Below, in pieces: positions 1 through 9,479 of a DNA stretch of 20,038 nucleotides. The position numbers and the translations under genes were made by a program. Each line of letters begins with the position of its first letter. Position 1 is the first letter of the stretch. The notes beneath the pieces were generated by a model. That model was not told the origin of the DNA. It searched no databases and was given only the letters and a program-made list of their open reading frames with translations. The DNA is from Lentisphaeria bacterium (lineage in GTDB: Bacteria; Verrucomicrobiota; Lentisphaeria; JABSQK01; JAWLHB01), in contig JAWLHB010000001.1 in assembly GCA_041690595.1 (NCBI GenBank), positions 310,001 through 330,038 on the forward strand. Reading direction: 5' to 3'.

Positions 1-469
1 GCAAACGCTGCGGGTGAGCCGTCTGCAACCCTGGGAGCCGGTGCACACTTTGCCTGCTCCCTTGATGACGGACCTCGACTTTACTCTGCGCTCCTTCCCG
101 CTCTCCTTCTGCAACCTCGCTGCGGACTTACGCGAGAAGCGCGGCATCATCTATCTCGCCTTCGACTTTCATTGCCCGGCCACCATGGAGTTGGCCCTGC
201 TCTTCGGCTACGACGGCCCCGTCCGAGTCTGGATCGATGGCATTGCCATCTTCACGGATCCCGGTGGCGCCAACCCGGCCCTCGAGGATGAGGTCAGTAT
301 CCCGTTCGATACCGGTGCCGGCAGTCACATGGCGTTGATTGCGCTGGACGCCAACGATGGCCGTGCCTGTGGCATCTTTGCCCGCCTGCAGCGCCGTCCT
401 CATACCGCCCCTGCGCCGCAACCGCCCCTGCCGAGCCTCCTCCTCTCAGCCAGCGTCCCCCACGCATGA
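1..469 (+). CDS. 5'-truncated CDS; C-terminal beta-sandwich (PA14/galactose-binding-like) domain of a probable carbohydrate-active protein
   Basis: The frame is open from position 2 (QTLRVSRLQP...) to TGA at 467-469, so the true start lies upstream. The motif LLFGYDGPVRVWIDG...GSHMALIALD...GIFARL resembles accessory jelly-roll domains of esterases and hydrolases (family from memory, unverified). Confidence 0.6.
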   Translation, partial: QTLRVSRLQPWEPVHTLPAPLMTDLDFTLRSFPLSFCNLAADLREKRGIIYLAFDFHCPATMELALLFGYDGPVRVWIDGIAIFTDPGGANPALEDEVSIPFDTGAGSHMALIALDANDGRACGIFARLQRRPHTAPAPQPPLPSLLLSASVPHA

Positions 470-570
470 CCCGTTCGACTTTTCCGTCCGGTGGCAGGAA
501 AACATCGCCAGTGCGGCGTACAGTGCTTGCACGACCCATATCTCAAACATCTTGACGGAGTCCTGCGATT

Positions 571-2583
571 TTGAATACTTCTGAACTTGCATTCAGGGAT
601 GGACGGCTCTTCTTCACGGACTCGTCCGGTGCCGGCTGGCACGGCATCAACTTTGAGCTGAACGGTACTCTCAGCACCACTCTTTCTTTCGACCTGTGCG
701 AGAAGGATGGCGGATTCATCGCCACCGGCAGGGGCGCGGTCCATACGGAGCGCATCGAGGTGATGCCGGCGGGTGATGGTGCCATCACGCTTCGCCGTGT
801 CATCACCAATTCCGGGAATGCCCCTCTGGTTCTTGCAAGCATGACCGATGGCATTCTCGACGAGCAGGCCCAGGTCAAACTCGCACGGTCCCACGAATAC
901 ACGATCCGCTGCATGCATACCGGCAACATCCGGACCGAGCAGTTCCCGAACACGCGCCCGCAATTTTCTTATATCCAGCCGGTTCCCTACGTCCCCGCGA
1001 CGTTCAATGTCGGGGAAGCCAACGACATTCCGGCCGTCGTTCTCTGTGCCGAAGATTCCATTCTCCAGGGGGCCAATTACCAGTCGCTGCTGGTGGAAGC
1101 CGATCTCGATCAGAGCCGCTTCCTGCGCAGTTGGGAGATCGGTCTGGATGGCGCCGGCCCGAAGTCGCGGCTGTTGCGCACCTGGCTTGGCCGTCAGCAC
1201 TACGCGCTGGCTGCACCCTTCGAGCTTGCCCCCGGCGAAAGCGTCCAGGTGGCTCATCTCTTATACCAGATCCTCCATGACACGCATCCGCAGGATGCTC
1301 TGGATCTTTACATCGAGATTTTGGGTCGTTACCACCACTTTCGTGGTCAACAGTCGGCCATGCTCGAAGGAGCCGTCTTCTGCACCTGGAACTTCGGCAC
1401 TTTCGGCAACATCGACGAGGGGTTGCTTGCCACTCGCGCCGAGGCATTGGCCACCCGCATTCCGGAATGCACCCACTTTCTTATCGACGATGGCTATCAG
1501 GCGGACCGCGGCAACCGCAACGGTCCTCTCGACTGCTTCTATCCCACGCCAGCCGAACGCTATGATCGTGTGAAGTTTCCCAGCGGCATGAAAGCCATGG
1601 CGGACAAGATCCGTGCCTTCGACCTGACCCCTTGCATCTGGCTGTCACCGGCTGTCTACCTGGATTCCGCCCTGGCCAGGGAGCATGCTGACTGGCTTCT
1701 CTGTGATGCCGACGGGGATCCCGCTCTGCTGGGCAAGAGTACCTTTCTCGATCTCTCCGTTGATGAAGCCCGCGCTTTTTTTCTCGAAGTCCTCGACGCG
1801 CTCTTTGTGGAGTGGGGCTTCCGCGGCATCAAGTTCGACTTCATGACGCAGTGGTTTTCCCTCCCCCGCGCCCGCTTCCGCACCGGATCCGGACTTGAAT
1901 GGCGAGAATGGGCCTATGCCGAGATCCGGCGACGCATCGGTGACGACGGGCTCTTCATGACCTGCATCGCCATGAGCATGGGCAATCCCTTCCCCGGGCG
2001 CCATGCCGACTGCTATCGCTGCGGTTGCGACATCCACGACTGCACCTGGCCGGAGCAGCTCAAAGCCTGCAAAGCCACCCTCCCGCAGATCCTTCTTGAA
2101 GGTCGCAAGACGCTGCTGCTCAACATGGACAGCGCCGGCCTCGGGGAGGTGCCCGAGCACGAGCAGTTCTTCCGCCTCACCTGGGTCTTCATCACTCAGG
2201 GCATCCTCGAACTGGGAGGCAAGATCGAGCAGATGCCCTTGAAGCAAACCAACCTGCTCCGTCGACTCTGTGCCAACGCTGACCGTGGTCACCGCGTGCG
2301 TTGCCTCGATGAGCGCGCCTTCACTGGCGACGGCATGCCGGAGATCCTGCGAGTCGACTATCCGGAGAACAGCCTCACCTGGCAGCGCGGCATTCGCTCT
2401 CACGTGGCCTTCTTCAACTGGGAGGAGCGCGTCAAACCGATTGGGGGCGACCGTGAATTTCTGGGTATCCCCGATCCTGCCCCTGTCTTTGACTACTGGT
2501 CTGGAGAGCAACTCCCGGATGGTAACGTGATCATCGACCTGTTGCAGCCTCACGCCGCCCGTCTCCTCGAAATTCGCCACTGA
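571..2583 (+). CDS. Glycoside hydrolase family 36 (clan GH-D) alpha-galactosidase-like protein, probably cytoplasmic
   Basis: 670-aa ORF with TTG start and GGAG at 557-560. GH36 barrel motifs occur in order: FCTWN, FLIDDGYQ, KFPSGMKAMADKI, PCIWLSP, LDLS, WGFRGIKFDF (nucleophile Asp), YRCGCD (acid/base Asp). No signal peptide. Confidence 0.85.
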   Translation: MNTSELAFRDGRLFFTDSSGAGWHGINFELNGTLSTTLSFDLCEKDGGFIATGRGAVHTERIEVMPAGDGAITLRRVITNSGNAPLVLASMTDGILDEQAQVKLARSHEYTIRCMHTGNIRTEQFPNTRPQFSYIQPVPYVPATFNVGEANDIPAVVLCAEDSILQGANYQSLLVEADLDQSRFLRSWEIGLDGAGPKSRLLRTWLGRQHYALAAPFELAPGESVQVAHLLYQILHDTHPQDALDLYIEILGRYHHFRGQQSAMLEGAVFCTWNFGTFGNIDEGLLATRAEALATRIPECTHFLIDDGYQADRGNRNGPLDCFYPTPAERYDRVKFPSGMKAMADKIRAFDLTPCIWLSPAVYLDSALAREHADWLLCDADGDPALLGKSTFLDLSVDEARAFFLEVLDALFVEWGFRGIKFDFMTQWFSLPRARFRTGSGLEWREWAYAEIRRRIGDDGLFMTCIAMSMGNPFPGRHADCYRCGCDIHDCTWPEQLKACKATLPQILLEGRKTLLLNMDSAGLGEVPEHEQFFRLTWVFITQGILELGGKIEQMPLKQTNLLRRLCANADRGHRVRCLDERAFTGDGMPEILRVDYPENSLTWQRGIRSHVAFFNWEERVKPIGGDREFLGIPDPAPVFDYWSGEQLPDGNVIIDLLQPHAARLLEIRH

Positions 2584-2652
2584 TCCCGGTCGGCTACGGC
2601 CCTGCGCTCTTGTTACCGTGGAAGTCGGTGGAAGGAGCACGATGCGCTATTT

Positions 2653-2701
2653 TGTCAATCTGGCGTTGCGTCTTGACATTGGGCTTTCAAGACGGCACAT
2701 T
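2653..2701 (+). promoter_or_regulatory. Putative sigma70 promoter (TTGACA -35) embedded in two inverted repeats
   Basis: TTGACA at 2673-2678, 17-nt spacer, weak -10 CACATT at 2696-2701. Inverted repeats: TGTCAA-N14-TTGACA (2653-2678) and CGTCTTGA-N10-TCAAGACG (2669-2694). Confidence 0.5.
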
Positions 2702-2856
2702 CCGGGCAGATTGGGGTGGGCCTATGGCCCGATTCAACGGGGAAAAAGTGGAGTTTCCGCGGGGAACATGCATCAGGGGGGAACCGTGCCGCGCCGCGGC
2801 CGACCTGCGCGTGTCATCCGCGCGGTAGTGTCACCGACAAAGAGGGGATTGTCGCG

Positions 2857-4380
2857 ATGGAACTGCTAGTGTTCAACCAGCTCATTCTGGCCTTTCTGGT
2901 ACTTATTCCAATAGTACTGATCGCGCGCACCGTGGTCGCCGGTACGCGTTACTCGCCAATCCTGATCATCGTCATATTCGGCTTGATAATGGGCGCCATC
3001 ATGGTCGGAAGTGGTGTTGCTACGGAAGGGCTGCCCGAGTTCCCCGTCATCATACTCTTGAGCCAAGTCACAATTGTAGCGCTGATCGTCTCCTTTTTTG
3101 TCGGTGGGCAGGAGATCAAGAAGATTATCGTGCGAAGGCACCTCGAGATCGAAGAGCTGGTCAGCCCGTCACAGGAAGAAGTCGTTCTGGGCACCAAGCG
3201 CACCCAGTTCTATTTCATTGTCCGTTCACTTTTCATCATGATGGGTGTATACAGCTTCTACAAGCTGATTGCCGGCTACTCTGACGGCGATCCCATCGGC
3301 CAGTCCTACATTCTGCTGGCCTATATCGGTTTGGTGTTTTCCATAATCCTGATCGACAGTAAGGCCTCGATCAAGAACAAACCCGCTTACATCCGCAAGG
3401 GTGTCATCGAGTTCGCTTTTCTTTTCCTGATCATGCTGGCCTCGTTGTACTGCGCTCGATGGATCAAGCCGATCATCGGGCTGCCCCAGATTTTCTTCGC
3501 CATGGTCATTTCATCTGGTTTGGGAATGGTTTTCTCCAGATGGGCTTTTGGCCCCACTATCCGCGCTCTTCTCTTTGCGGGCATCCCCGTTGTTCTAGCC
3601 GCCAACTTCCTTGTCGGCGGTTCACGTCTGCTCCAGGCATTCGGCATCCGCGAGATGCTCGGCGTCATGAGCTATGGGTTCTTCGGGCAGATCTTCTGGA
3701 TGTTCGGCGGCATCGCTCTCCTCGCCATGATGCTGAACCATGTCCGCATTCTGGCCCCAGGTATGGCGGGCTCTCTCTCTCATTCCGGGCTGACCGGCGC
3801 GTGTACCGCCGGCGACCTCGGCCAAGAGGCGTCCGCTCGCGCACCGATCATGATCAACGTTCCGTTCATCGGCCACATCTTCGTTTTCTCAATCCTCGCG
3901 CACAGCGCCAAAATGCAGCAATTTGCCTACCTGCCCATAGCCATCGTTCTCCTGGTTGGCGTTGTGCTGACCATCCTTTCCTTGAGAGTCTTGCGGAGAT
4001 CGGAGAACAACGAGGCCAAGGAGGTAAAGGGGCTCATGCTTTTCAGTCTCGGCTGGCAACTGGTCGCTGTCTTCGGCAGCTTCTTCATGCTGGGTCTCTC
4101 GGGAATGGGGATCGACAATGCAGCTATGGCGACATCCTCCGCGCTATCGCATTTCGGCCTCTTCGCCGCCACGCAGGAAGGGATGTTCGGAGAAAGCGCC
4201 TCGGTCATGATCCCCTTCATCTTTGCCATGCCATTCCTGGTCCATCCTCTGGTCTTCTGGATGTTCGGCCGATCCATGACCAACGATGGCGTCATGCCCA
4301 GGAAGACGGTGATCGCCCTTGCCTGCATCGGCATTCTGGGAGTGCTCTTCTCGCTCTTCCTGCAGCGATTTGGTTCTTGA
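2857..4380 (+). CDS. Uncharacterised polytopic membrane protein (~507 aa), probable secondary transporter
   Basis: ATG at 2857 is preceded by AGAGGGG (2841-2847), which fits better than the track start at 2716. About 13-15 hydrophobic segments by eye. Internal repeat GSLSHSGLTGA / SALSHFGLFAA. Confidence 0.75.
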   Translation: MELLVFNQLILAFLVLIPIVLIARTVVAGTRYSPILIIVIFGLIMGAIMVGSGVATEGLPEFPVIILLSQVTIVALIVSFFVGGQEIKKIIVRRHLEIEELVSPSQEEVVLGTKRTQFYFIVRSLFIMMGVYSFYKLIAGYSDGDPIGQSYILLAYIGLVFSIILIDSKASIKNKPAYIRKGVIEFAFLFLIMLASLYCARWIKPIIGLPQIFFAMVISSGLGMVFSRWAFGPTIRALLFAGIPVVLAANFLVGGSRLLQAFGIREMLGVMSYGFFGQIFWMFGGIALLAMMLNHVRILAPGMAGSLSHSGLTGACTAGDLGQEASARAPIMINVPFIGHIFVFSILAHSAKMQQFAYLPIAIVLLVGVVLTILSLRVLRRSENNEAKEVKGLMLFSLGWQLVAVFGSFFMLGLSGMGIDNAAMATSSALSHFGLFAATQEGMFGESASVMIPFIFAMPFLVHPLVFWMFGRSMTNDGVMPRKTVIALACIGILGVLFSLFLQRFGS

Positions 4381-4484
4381 GTTCCTGCACGGGGACTGAG
4401 CAGGGATGACGCGGTTTGGCAGTCCACCCTGCCCCCTTGGTGTCGCTCTGTCGTCGCCGACATCGAAAAAGGAATCGGTATTGC

Positions 4485-4511
4485 TTGACGCTGGAGACTT
4501 GGTGCTATAGT
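4485..4511 (+). promoter_or_regulatory. Putative extended -10 promoter for the 4568-10490 cassette
   Basis: TGc-TATAGT at 4503-4511 and TTGACG at 4485-4490 (short 15-nt spacer). Followed by an AT-rich stretch and GAAGGTGG RBS before ATG 4568. Confidence 0.55.
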
Positions 4512-4567
4512 TTGTTGCATGTATCAAAATAATCATACTATACAAACCAGTCACATGAAGGTGGTCC

Positions 4568-5293
4568 ATGAAGGCCTTGAGGAGACGTTACGCGTTCACC
4601 CTGATCGAGTTGCTCGTGGTTGTGGCCATTATCGCCATCCTGGCATCGATGCTTCTTCCGGCACTGAGCCATGCCAGAGGAGTGGCGCAGCGAACCTCGT
4701 GCTCCGGCAATCTGCGACAGCTGGGACTCCTCTATCAACTATACGCCGATGAGTTCAATGGCTACGTGTTGCCCCGGTACTGTGAGGGCAACGCTTTGGA
4801 TCGCGCCTTTCATGGGCAGCTTATGGGTATGCAGCTCGGCATGACCGCAGCCCAGGCGGCTGCGTTGCCAGCCAAGGCCGATATCCGCTACTGCCCAGTC
4901 TTCTGGGGGCGGGACAGCGACCGCACGCTTCAGGCTGATCAGCCAGGTCGGTACCGCACCAGTTACCTTGGAAACCTGCTGCAACAGGTGCAGCCCTCTC
5001 TCTCCGGCGGCAACGGTCCACGCGGGGTCAAGATCGACGCGCCCGATGCCGAGAAGGCACTATTGCTCGCGGATGCCGAACCGAACCGCAATGGGGTCAG
5101 CGGTGCCGACAAGTGGGGCGCCTTCTGGCTTGGTGGTTCCATTCAAGCCACGGCGGGTCTGCACCAGGGGAACATCAATGCGCTGCATCGTGATGGGCAC
5201 GTGACGCCGCTTCGCATCGAGCCGCTCGGCTTGCCGTCACGCTACCTCGTGCTCTCGACCAACCCGAACTGGGGCTCTTCCCTCCGTCCGTAA
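4568..5293 (+). CDS. Prepilin-type N-terminal cleavage/methylation protein, DUF1559 / H-X9-DG family
   Basis: [32 protein letters not shown]...[10 protein letters not shown] is the canonical PVC prepilin-like N-terminus. The C-terminal [14 protein letters not shown] matches H-X9-DG. Confidence 0.93.
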   Translation: MKALRRRYAFTLIELLVVVAIIAILASMLLPALSHARGVAQRTSCSGNLRQLGLLYQLYADEFNGYVLPRYCEGNALDRAFHGQLMGMQLGMTAAQAAALPAKADIRYCPVFWGRDSDRTLQADQPGRYRTSYLGNLLQQVQPSLSGGNGPRGVKIDAPDAEKALLLADAEPNRNGVSGADKWGAFWLGGSIQATAGLHQGNINALHRDGHVTPLRIEPLGLPSRYLVLSTNPNWGSSLRP

Positions 5294-5320
5294 CGTGTAA
5301 TACAATTGGGTGAAACAAGC

Positions 5321-8300
5321 ATGAAACAAATATTGGTGATAATCGTCATGGTGGGGCTGGTCATGGGTGCAAGCGGCTTGGAGATGTGCCGGATTCCGGT
5401 GGTTGACGGTCGTGAACAGGCACCGGTCATCGATGGCGTCATCCGGGGCGGGGAATGGCAGTATGCCTTGGGACTAACCGGGCTGATCTCGCTCGAAGGC
5501 CCCCTGGCCCAACGACAGGCCACCGTCTATTATCTGAGCGACGGCGACTCCCTCTATGTCGGCATGTACGCGCCCGCGGTGCCGCCGGGAACTGCTCCCG
5601 AAGTGAAAGAGGGGCCTGCCTACAGTGGCAGGAACTATGGGGATTTCACCGGTAATGACCGGGTCGAGTTCAAGTTGAGCCCGCCGGGTGCCGAGCAACT
5701 GGGCCAATTCTACTTTATCGGTGATGCCGCTGGGAATACCCTTGTCGAACAGATCAAGAGCGAACACGTGACCATCTTTCCGGATTGGGATTACAAGAGT
5801 TCGCATGACGGCAATGGCTGGACCGTCGAGATCCGCCTGCCTCTGGCCGTCTTCGGGGTGACGCCAACGGCTGCCCTGGATGGCTCCTGGGGGATCAACT
5901 TCAGCCTGGCGCGGCTCTTTCCCCTGAAGTACGAAGGGCTGGCGGCGGGAGGTCCCCATGCCTTGCGTCCCGCCATCTTCACGCGGGGCGCACCCGCCGT
6001 CCAGATCGAGCGTCTCGGTAACCTCCCGCAAGGTCTGGTGGATCTGGTTGTTTCAGTGCGCGAGTACGAGGGGCTCGTTGCCACGCCCAAAGAGGGAGCC
6101 TACGATGAGCGCAAAGTCGAATCGGGGGGGATGAGCCTGCAGGGCAGCGGCAGGATCGCCCGAGTCTCCTGGCAGATTGCCGATGGAGGAGGCGAGCTGC
6201 TCGCAAGCGATGCGACTTACCTTCCGCTTCAGCCCGCCAGATCGCTTACCGCCGCCTTCAACAAGAGCTTCAAGCCGGCCGGCGCCAACACCATGACTCT
6301 CAAGGTTGAAGTAGCCGAAAGCGCCGAGATCTTCACGGCGAACGACATCGACAGGATCGAGTTGCTCTATTCGGGTATTCTCCCCTTCGTCCCATTCAAT
6401 GAGGCGGAGGCCGCGCAATGGCAGGAACGGCTCGAGAAGGGAACGATTCCCGGTTCGTGGCGCTTCAATCCCGCCTGGTTCCCGTATTGGCAGAAAGCAA
6501 AGATCCAGGCTGTTTTCTTTCAGGGACGGGTGCGCGAACAGGCCGCGGCGCTTCGCGTTACGATCACCTCCGATCGCGGCTTCAGAGCCGTTCGTCAGGC
6601 GCCGGTCGTTGACGGCATTCTGATGACTGATTCTCCCGACAAGTTGATGGACATTCCCATCCCCGGCTTGCCGGAAGCCACGTATACCGCCCGCGGCGAA
6701 GTGCTGAATGCCAACGGCGAAATTGTTGCCGCTGAGGAACGTACCTATGACCGCATCGTCTTCCCGTGGGAAGGCAATACTCTTGGTGAGTCTCGTGGCG
6801 TGATCGCCCCATGGATTGCCATGAGCATGCAGGCGAATACCGTCACCTGCTGGGGACGAGAGCACCGCCTGTCCGAATCGGGTTTCCCCGACCAGGTCGT
6901 CAGCCAGGAGAAGGGACTGCTTGCGGCGCCAATCGCCATCGAGCTGACCAGGACTGACGGCAGATCATTGAAGCTGCGGCCCACCGGCAACCTGAGCATT
7001 CTCGAACAGGCCAATGATCGTGTTCGCTGGCGGGGACAGGGCAACCTGGGTGAAGATCTGGCGGTAACCGTCACCGGCCTTGCCGAATACGATGGCTTCA
7101 GTTGGTATGCGGTGACCATCACCCCATCGAACCCGGTTCATGTACGCTCGGGGCGGGTCGTCATCAGCCTCCCGGAGCGCGAAGCGCAGCTGATGCACGT
7201 TCAGTCCTGCTGGGCACGCAACAACTTTTCGGGTGCCATTCCCAGCGGCGAGGGAGTCGTCTTCAAGAGTCTGGATACCGTGAACTATGGTCGTACCGGA
7301 GGCTTCCTGCCCCACATCTGGATCGGGAATCTCACCCGCGGGCTATCCTGGTTCGCGGATTCCGATGAAGGTTGGAACTCCATTGCCGACATCTCTGCCT
7401 TGGAGATCGTCCGAACGGGCAACCAGGTGCAACTTGTCATGAATGTCCTGGCCTGGCCGGTGCTTCTCGATGGCCCCCGCACCTTCCGCTTCGGCCTGAT
7501 GGCGACCCCCTTCAAGCCGCTCATGCCCATCCGCGATATTCCTACCCGAGCCGTCAACTGGCTCTCCTTCAAAGATGGGAAGACTGTAGTGCAGGCAAGC
7601 ATGTACGGCGTCTATCCGCCGGGCTTCGACTACAGCCTGATTGGCGAGCACATCGGCGAACGGCGCCTCTACTTCAACAAGCATGAGATGGGGGCGGCCC
7701 TTCCCGAACGCGATGTCTTCGACAACGAATGGGGGGGCATGGAGCCCGCCCCGGATTATCCCGGGGCGCCCGAGCGTTTCGGTCCAGGCATCGCCTCCCG
7801 CGCCGTCAATCGCTCCCTGACCGACAGCCGCATCGACATGATGGTATGGTACATCGCGGAGCTGGCGAGAAAGAGCACCATGGCTGCCACTTACTGGGAT
7901 ATAACCGGCATTGGTGTCGGGTTTCCCATGCTCGAAAATGGCACCGCCTATGTCGATGAGATAACCGGCAATGTGGTTCCCACCTTCGACCTCCTCAAGA
8001 GTCGCCAGCTATTCAAGCGTGTCGCCACTGTCTGGCAGGAGATTCGCGGCGAGCCCGACTACATGGAGATTCATTCCACGAACCACATGGGCATGCCCTT
8101 CTACAGCTTTGCTTACAGCTGGCTCAACTTCGAATGGTTGTGGCCGAACGCCAAGGCGCGTCGCGCCGATGGCCGCTGGCAGGACTTCATCGACCTGCGG
8201 CCGCTCGACTTGTTTGCCACGGAAGGCGTCCCCAGCCAGTTTGGTGTCTGGATCAATTCCATCAACAGCGGGCAGCGCCCTGATGAGCCAGCCGAGCATC

Positions 8301-8809
8301 GCCGCATCGACCGCTCCGGCACCGCACTCTCCATGCTCCACAATCATTCCGCTCCGGGCATGGGCGGTTCCGGGCTGAAAGCGCCCCCCTCCATCGGCCG
8401 CCGTGACGCGCTGCCTTTCATCGGCTATTGGGACGAAGATCAGCGCATCCGGACCAGCCATGGTCTGGTCCGCGCCAGCTATTGGCATACTGCTGACCGG
8501 CTTGAGCTGGTCGTCGTCAATCTCGACCTCAAAGCGAATACCGTCAGCCTCTCCATCCCGCTCCCCTCTCTCGGCTGGACCGGGGCAACCGCCATTTCCG
8601 ACACTACTGGTGAGCCTGAGGCAGATCGTATGCGTCAGACCCAGCGCTATCGTTCCTCACCACAACTCCTGGCCGAACTCGATACCGCCGTGGCTCAGGC
8701 TGCCGCCGATCGCAAGCCACCGCAAATCTCCGTGGCAGATGGCGTACTGACCATAACCGCCGAGGTTGCTTCCCATGACTACCGCCTCTTCCTGGTGGAG
8801 GGACATTGA
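5321..8809 (+). CDS. Large secreted protein: signal peptide, CBM9-like domain and DUF6067-like putative glycoside hydrolase region
   Basis: ATG 5321 starts MKQILVIIVMVGLVMGASG (signal peptide). APVIDG..EW, DRVEF and GWTVEIRLPL are CBM9-like. FPWEGNTLG..VIAPW, EYDGF, PHIWIG..RGLSWFADSDEGW, FGLMATPFKP and YWD resemble PVC DUF6067 proteins (from memory). Confidence 0.75.
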   Translation: MKQILVIIVMVGLVMGASGLEMCRIPVVDGREQAPVIDGVIRGGEWQYALGLTGLISLEGPLAQRQATVYYLSDGDSLYVGMYAPAVPPGTAPEVKEGPAYSGRNYGDFTGNDRVEFKLSPPGAEQLGQFYFIGDAAGNTLVEQIKSEHVTIFPDWDYKSSHDGNGWTVEIRLPLAVFGVTPTAALDGSWGINFSLARLFPLKYEGLAAGGPHALRPAIFTRGAPAVQIERLGNLPQGLVDLVVSVREYEGLVATPKEGAYDERKVESGGMSLQGSGRIARVSWQIADGGGELLASDATYLPLQPARSLTAAFNKSFKPAGANTMTLKVEVAESAEIFTANDIDRIELLYSGILPFVPFNEAEAAQWQERLEKGTIPGSWRFNPAWFPYWQKAKIQAVFFQGRVREQAAALRVTITSDRGFRAVRQAPVVDGILMTDSPDKLMDIPIPGLPEATYTARGEVLNANGEIVAAEERTYDRIVFPWEGNTLGESRGVIAPWIAMSMQANTVTCWGREHRLSESGFPDQVVSQEKGLLAAPIAIELTRTDGRSLKLRPTGNLSILEQANDRVRWRGQGNLGEDLAVTVTGLAEYDGFSWYAVTITPSNPVHVRSGRVVISLPEREAQLMHVQSCWARNNFSGAIPSGEGVVFKSLDTVNYGRTGGFLPHIWIGNLTRGLSWFADSDEGWNSIADISALEIVRTGNQVQLVMNVLAWPVLLDGPRTFRFGLMATPFKPLMPIRDIPTRAVNWLSFKDGKTVVQASMYGVYPPGFDYSLIGEHIGERRLYFNKHEMGAALPERDVFDNEWGGMEPAPDYPGAPERFGPGIASRAVNRSLTDSRIDMMVWYIAELARKSTMAATYWDITGIGVGFPMLENGTAYVDEITGNVVPTFDLLKSRQLFKRVATVWQEIRGEPDYMEIHSTNHMGMPFYSFAYSWLNFEWLWPNAKARRADGRWQDFIDLRPLDLFATEGVPSQFGVWINSINSGQRPDEPAEHRRIDRSGTALSMLHNHSAPGMGGSGLKAPPSIGRRDALPFIGYWDEDQRIRTSHGLVRASYWHTADRLELVVVNLDLKANTVSLSIPLPSLGWTGATAISDTTGEPEADRMRQTQRYRSSPQLLAELDTAVAQAAADRKPPQISVADGVLTITAEVASHDYRLFLVEGH

Positions 8810-8810
8810 G

Positions 8811-9476
8811 ATGTGGCGGCTTGTGCTCTTTGCCTGCTGCATCGTTCCAGGCGTTATGGCTGATGATGTCGAGGCTGACATTTGGAGCCAATGGCGACAG
8901 CCTGCCAGGCGGGATGCACCCCTCTATGCTCACGATCCTGCGTTCCCGGCGGTGGAACTGGCGCAGTTGCTTGCCTTCCCCGAAATGGCCAAACGGCTTC
9001 CGCTGATCGTCACGCCGGACGATCTGGAACTGAGCGATACGCGCGGCATCGAAGTATCCTTTCGTTTTCGCGTCGGCAGAACGCCGCCAGCACGCTTGGA
9101 AAAGAGCCACAGCATCGCGAATTTCACACTGCAGGGCAGGGGAGGCAATCGCTCCTTCTGGCTGCACGCATACAGTCGCAACTCGGGCCTGATGCTCAAT
9201 GGCTTGATAGCCGACGGGGACACCATCCACCTGGCGCGTGGCGCGGCGCGGCCCCATACCGCCCCACACTGGGATACCCAGTGGCACACGGTAACCGTCG
9301 CCTGGTGCCGCGGTCGCCTTGCTGCCACCTGGGACGGCCTGCCCATCCTTCACCTTGAAAGCCCTGCCATCGACTTTGATTCTTGCGTGCTCGAATGGGT
9401 CAGGCCGGAGCATGCTTTCGCCACACTCGAACTTGGCCCAATCATATCTCACTCCATTCACTTCAGGACGGACTGA
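8811..9476 (+). CDS. Secreted hypothetical protein, possible concanavalin A/LamG-like beta-sandwich
   Basis: ATG lies 1 nt after the upstream stop, with GGAGGG at 8797-8802. MWRLVLFACCIVPGVMA|DD is a signal peptide. IEVSFRFR...DTQWHTVTVAW..GRL..TWDG is a ConA-like pattern. Confidence 0.65.
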   Translation: MWRLVLFACCIVPGVMADDVEADIWSQWRQPARRDAPLYAHDPAFPAVELAQLLAFPEMAKRLPLIVTPDDLELSDTRGIEVSFRFRVGRTPPARLEKSHSIANFTLQGRGGNRSFWLHAYSRNSGLMLNGLIADGDTIHLARGAARPHTAPHWDTQWHTVTVAWCRGRLAATWDGLPILHLESPAIDFDSCVLEWVRPEHAFATLELGPIISHSIHFRTD

Positions 9477-9479
9477 CCC

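Noticed and set aside
400..2640. Long minus-strand ORFs 400-1257 and 1645-2640, and similar antisense ORFs across the window
   Set aside because: They are shadows of well-supported + strand genes in GC-rich DNA and have no recognisable motifs.
2720..2815. ZMP/ZTP (pfl) riboswitch, suggested by GTGGA..TCCGCGGGGA and GCCGACC
   Set aside because: The hallmark GACTGGCG and CGCCTGGGC pseudoknot elements are missing.
2716..2856. Extended N-terminus of the membrane protein given in the ORF track
   Set aside because: No convincing RBS at 2716 and a non-membrane-like sequence. ATG 2857 has a good RBS.
3459..4409. 316-aa alternate-frame + strand ORF
   Set aside because: Arg/His/Pro-rich off-frame translation overlapping the membrane-protein gene.
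4384..4436. Terminator or pseudoknot after the membrane gene (GGACTG/CAGTCC and GCAGGG/CCCTGC)
   Set aside because: Only 6-bp stems in GC-rich DNA and no U-tract, so insufficient support.
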